Source: Paraspadella gotoi (Eukaryota > Animalia > Chaetognatha). Taken from it: 64,000 nucleotides of DNA. Under the pieces are notes generated by a model. It made no database searches. It was given only the letters and a program-made list of their open reading frames with translations, and was not told the origin of the DNA. Positions 62,301 to 64,000 of this stretch are shown piece by piece; the stretch's first letter is position 1; each line of letters opens with the position of its first letter. Where the stretch lies: NCBI GenBank assembly GCA_051294375.1, contig CM119265.1, forward strand, positions 17,649,377 through 17,713,376, written 5' to 3'. Made by a program: the position numbers and the translations under genes.

Positions 62301-62799
62301 GCACGCGCGACGTGCAGCTGCCCTTTCCTTGTTTTTTTTTCGCGGGCGTCTGAGATTCGCCCTCCTCTCCCCTTCCACCATCTCCCTCCACCCTCTTTCC
62401 TCGTAATCTCTCAAATTTTCATTCCTCGCTGTTTTCCTCTTCCTCTTCCACTTCCTCCCCACTTTTTTTCCACTTCGTTCTTCCACTTCCACGCGCGGGG
62501 TTCTCGAGTTCTTTGCCTCGCAATTCACCTCCACACAAATTTGTCTAAGATCCCTCACCCCCAAAGCCCTTCTTTTTTAGAATCTTATTTCTTCCCTTCT
62601 CCCACCGACCCACCTTTTCTATTCTCATATATTTCGGGTTGGATTTTCTACTTCCCTTTGCCCCAGCTGAAAAAAAAAAGACTTTTTTTTTTTCTTTCGA
62701 AATTTTTAATTCACGAAATTATTTTTCTTTTCATTAAAGTCGAAATTTTGGGAGAGAGAGAGAGAGAGAGAAAAAAAAGGAAAGTTCGTTTCGGAGGAA

Positions 62800-62845
62800 A
62801 GAGCCAATCGGCGGTCGAAACTCGATGGAACTTTAGCCAATCAGA
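62800..62845. promoter_or_regulatory. Paired consensus CCAAT boxes 33 bp apart
   Basis: agccaatcg (CCAAT at 62804) and agccaatca (CCAAT at 62837). Confidence 0.45.
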
Positions 62846-63137
62846 GAACGAAAGGAGTTCGTGACTATCCAAATACAGGCTCCGAGATAATCCTTTTCAA
62901 AAGATATCAAACGCTGAATTGACAAAAGCCTCTGTCTTTCTCTCTTTTTTTATTCCTCCGAGTCGCTTTCTTTTTATTTCACTCTCTCTCTCCCTCTCTT
63001 TATGAAATAAAGTAAAAGAAAAAGCCCCCAAATTATTCAATTCTTTTGTGTTCGTTTCAATTCTTCTTCTATTCATCGCCGAAAAAAAACTTCTTCCCCG
63101 AAATCTGAGGGATAAACGATGAAAAATTCTCGTATCT

Positions 63138-63173
<36 letters not shown>

Positions 63174-64000
63174 CTCTCTCCTCTCTCTCTCTCTTCTCTC
63201 TCTCTTCTCTCTCTTCTCTCTCTCCTCTCCTTTCCTTCTAAAGGGTGAGCTACAATTTTCGGACCTCACTTTAATTAAATTTCGATTGGTATATGTCATT
63301 TCGCTCTTTCTTTATATTGCGTTCGCCTTATAAACGAAAATTCCGGCTTTGAGTTTTCCATTCCATTCGCCGCACTTTTTACTTTTGATTTTTTAATCTA
63401 ATAATCTATTTGAGGAATTTTTTTTATTAATTTGTATATATTTCAGTTTTTATGTAAGCCTTGAAATCCTTTTTCCTCTTTCTTTTCTTTTGTCCTCCTC
63501 AATATGTTATTTCATTATTTCTTTTGCGTCTATTCTTCATTTTTTACCCTTGAAAAATTCCCTCCTTTTTTTCTCCTCCCTTTCCACACTTATCTTCCTC
63601 AGTCTTTCTTTCATTCTTTCCTCCATTTTTTTTTCGGTTTCACTTTCCCGCCAATTTTCAAACTCTCGCGGTTTTTGTTTCCTCTTTTTTTTTCCTCTTT
63701 TTTTTCTTTTTCGGTGATCGAAGTTTGATTAACGATTCGAGTCTCGGAAAAGAAGCAGACGCCTTTCGAAGGGGGGGTGGGGGAGGAAGAGGAGGAAGAG
63801 GAGGAGGAAGAGGAAGATAACGCGAGGCCTTTAATCGTCGAGTACTCGAGGTAGTAATAAAAGTAATTGACTGGAAGATTCGCGCTTTGTCATCGTTTGT
63901 CGTCGTCAACGTCGTCGCTTTCGTCGTCTATAAAATCGTTCTCGAGTGGCGCGGTCTTTGTCATAGGCATCGTCGTCGTCGTCATGGTCGTCGTCGTCGT

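Overview
Eukaryotic (animal-like) draft-assembly window. GC/CpG-rich islands alternate with AT-rich DNA, with very dense (GA)n, (GAAA)n and (CGA)n microsatellites and many N gaps. No intact gene, rRNA, tRNA or CRISPR array can be supported, and most ORFs in the track are microsatellite or N artefacts. The dominant structure is a set of foldback (inverted) duplications: 3550-~10480 vs 16674-22204, ~8650-12495 vs 12505-15235, 30297-32090 vs 32527-33457, and 34418-34565 vs 35450-35569. Their arms differ mainly by indels, and in ~8650-10600 two unrelated sequences are woven together almost base by base. This points to uncorrected long-read or amplification chimeras rather than biology. Under the noise I can read: (i) a garbled dynein heavy chain AAA6/AAA-lid fragment (39090-39890, -); (ii) a garbled LINE-type APE+RT ORF (~44600-47300, +); (iii) a ~0.9 kb TTAA-flanked, TIR-bounded DNA transposon derivative at two loci; (iv) a ~0.68 kb MITE seen as both a filled and an empty site in a tandem duplication; (v) a few weak exon candidates and CCAAT/E-box promoter-like clusters. 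I found no credible previously undescribed biological system. All alignments were done by eye, so boundaries in noisy regions are approximate.
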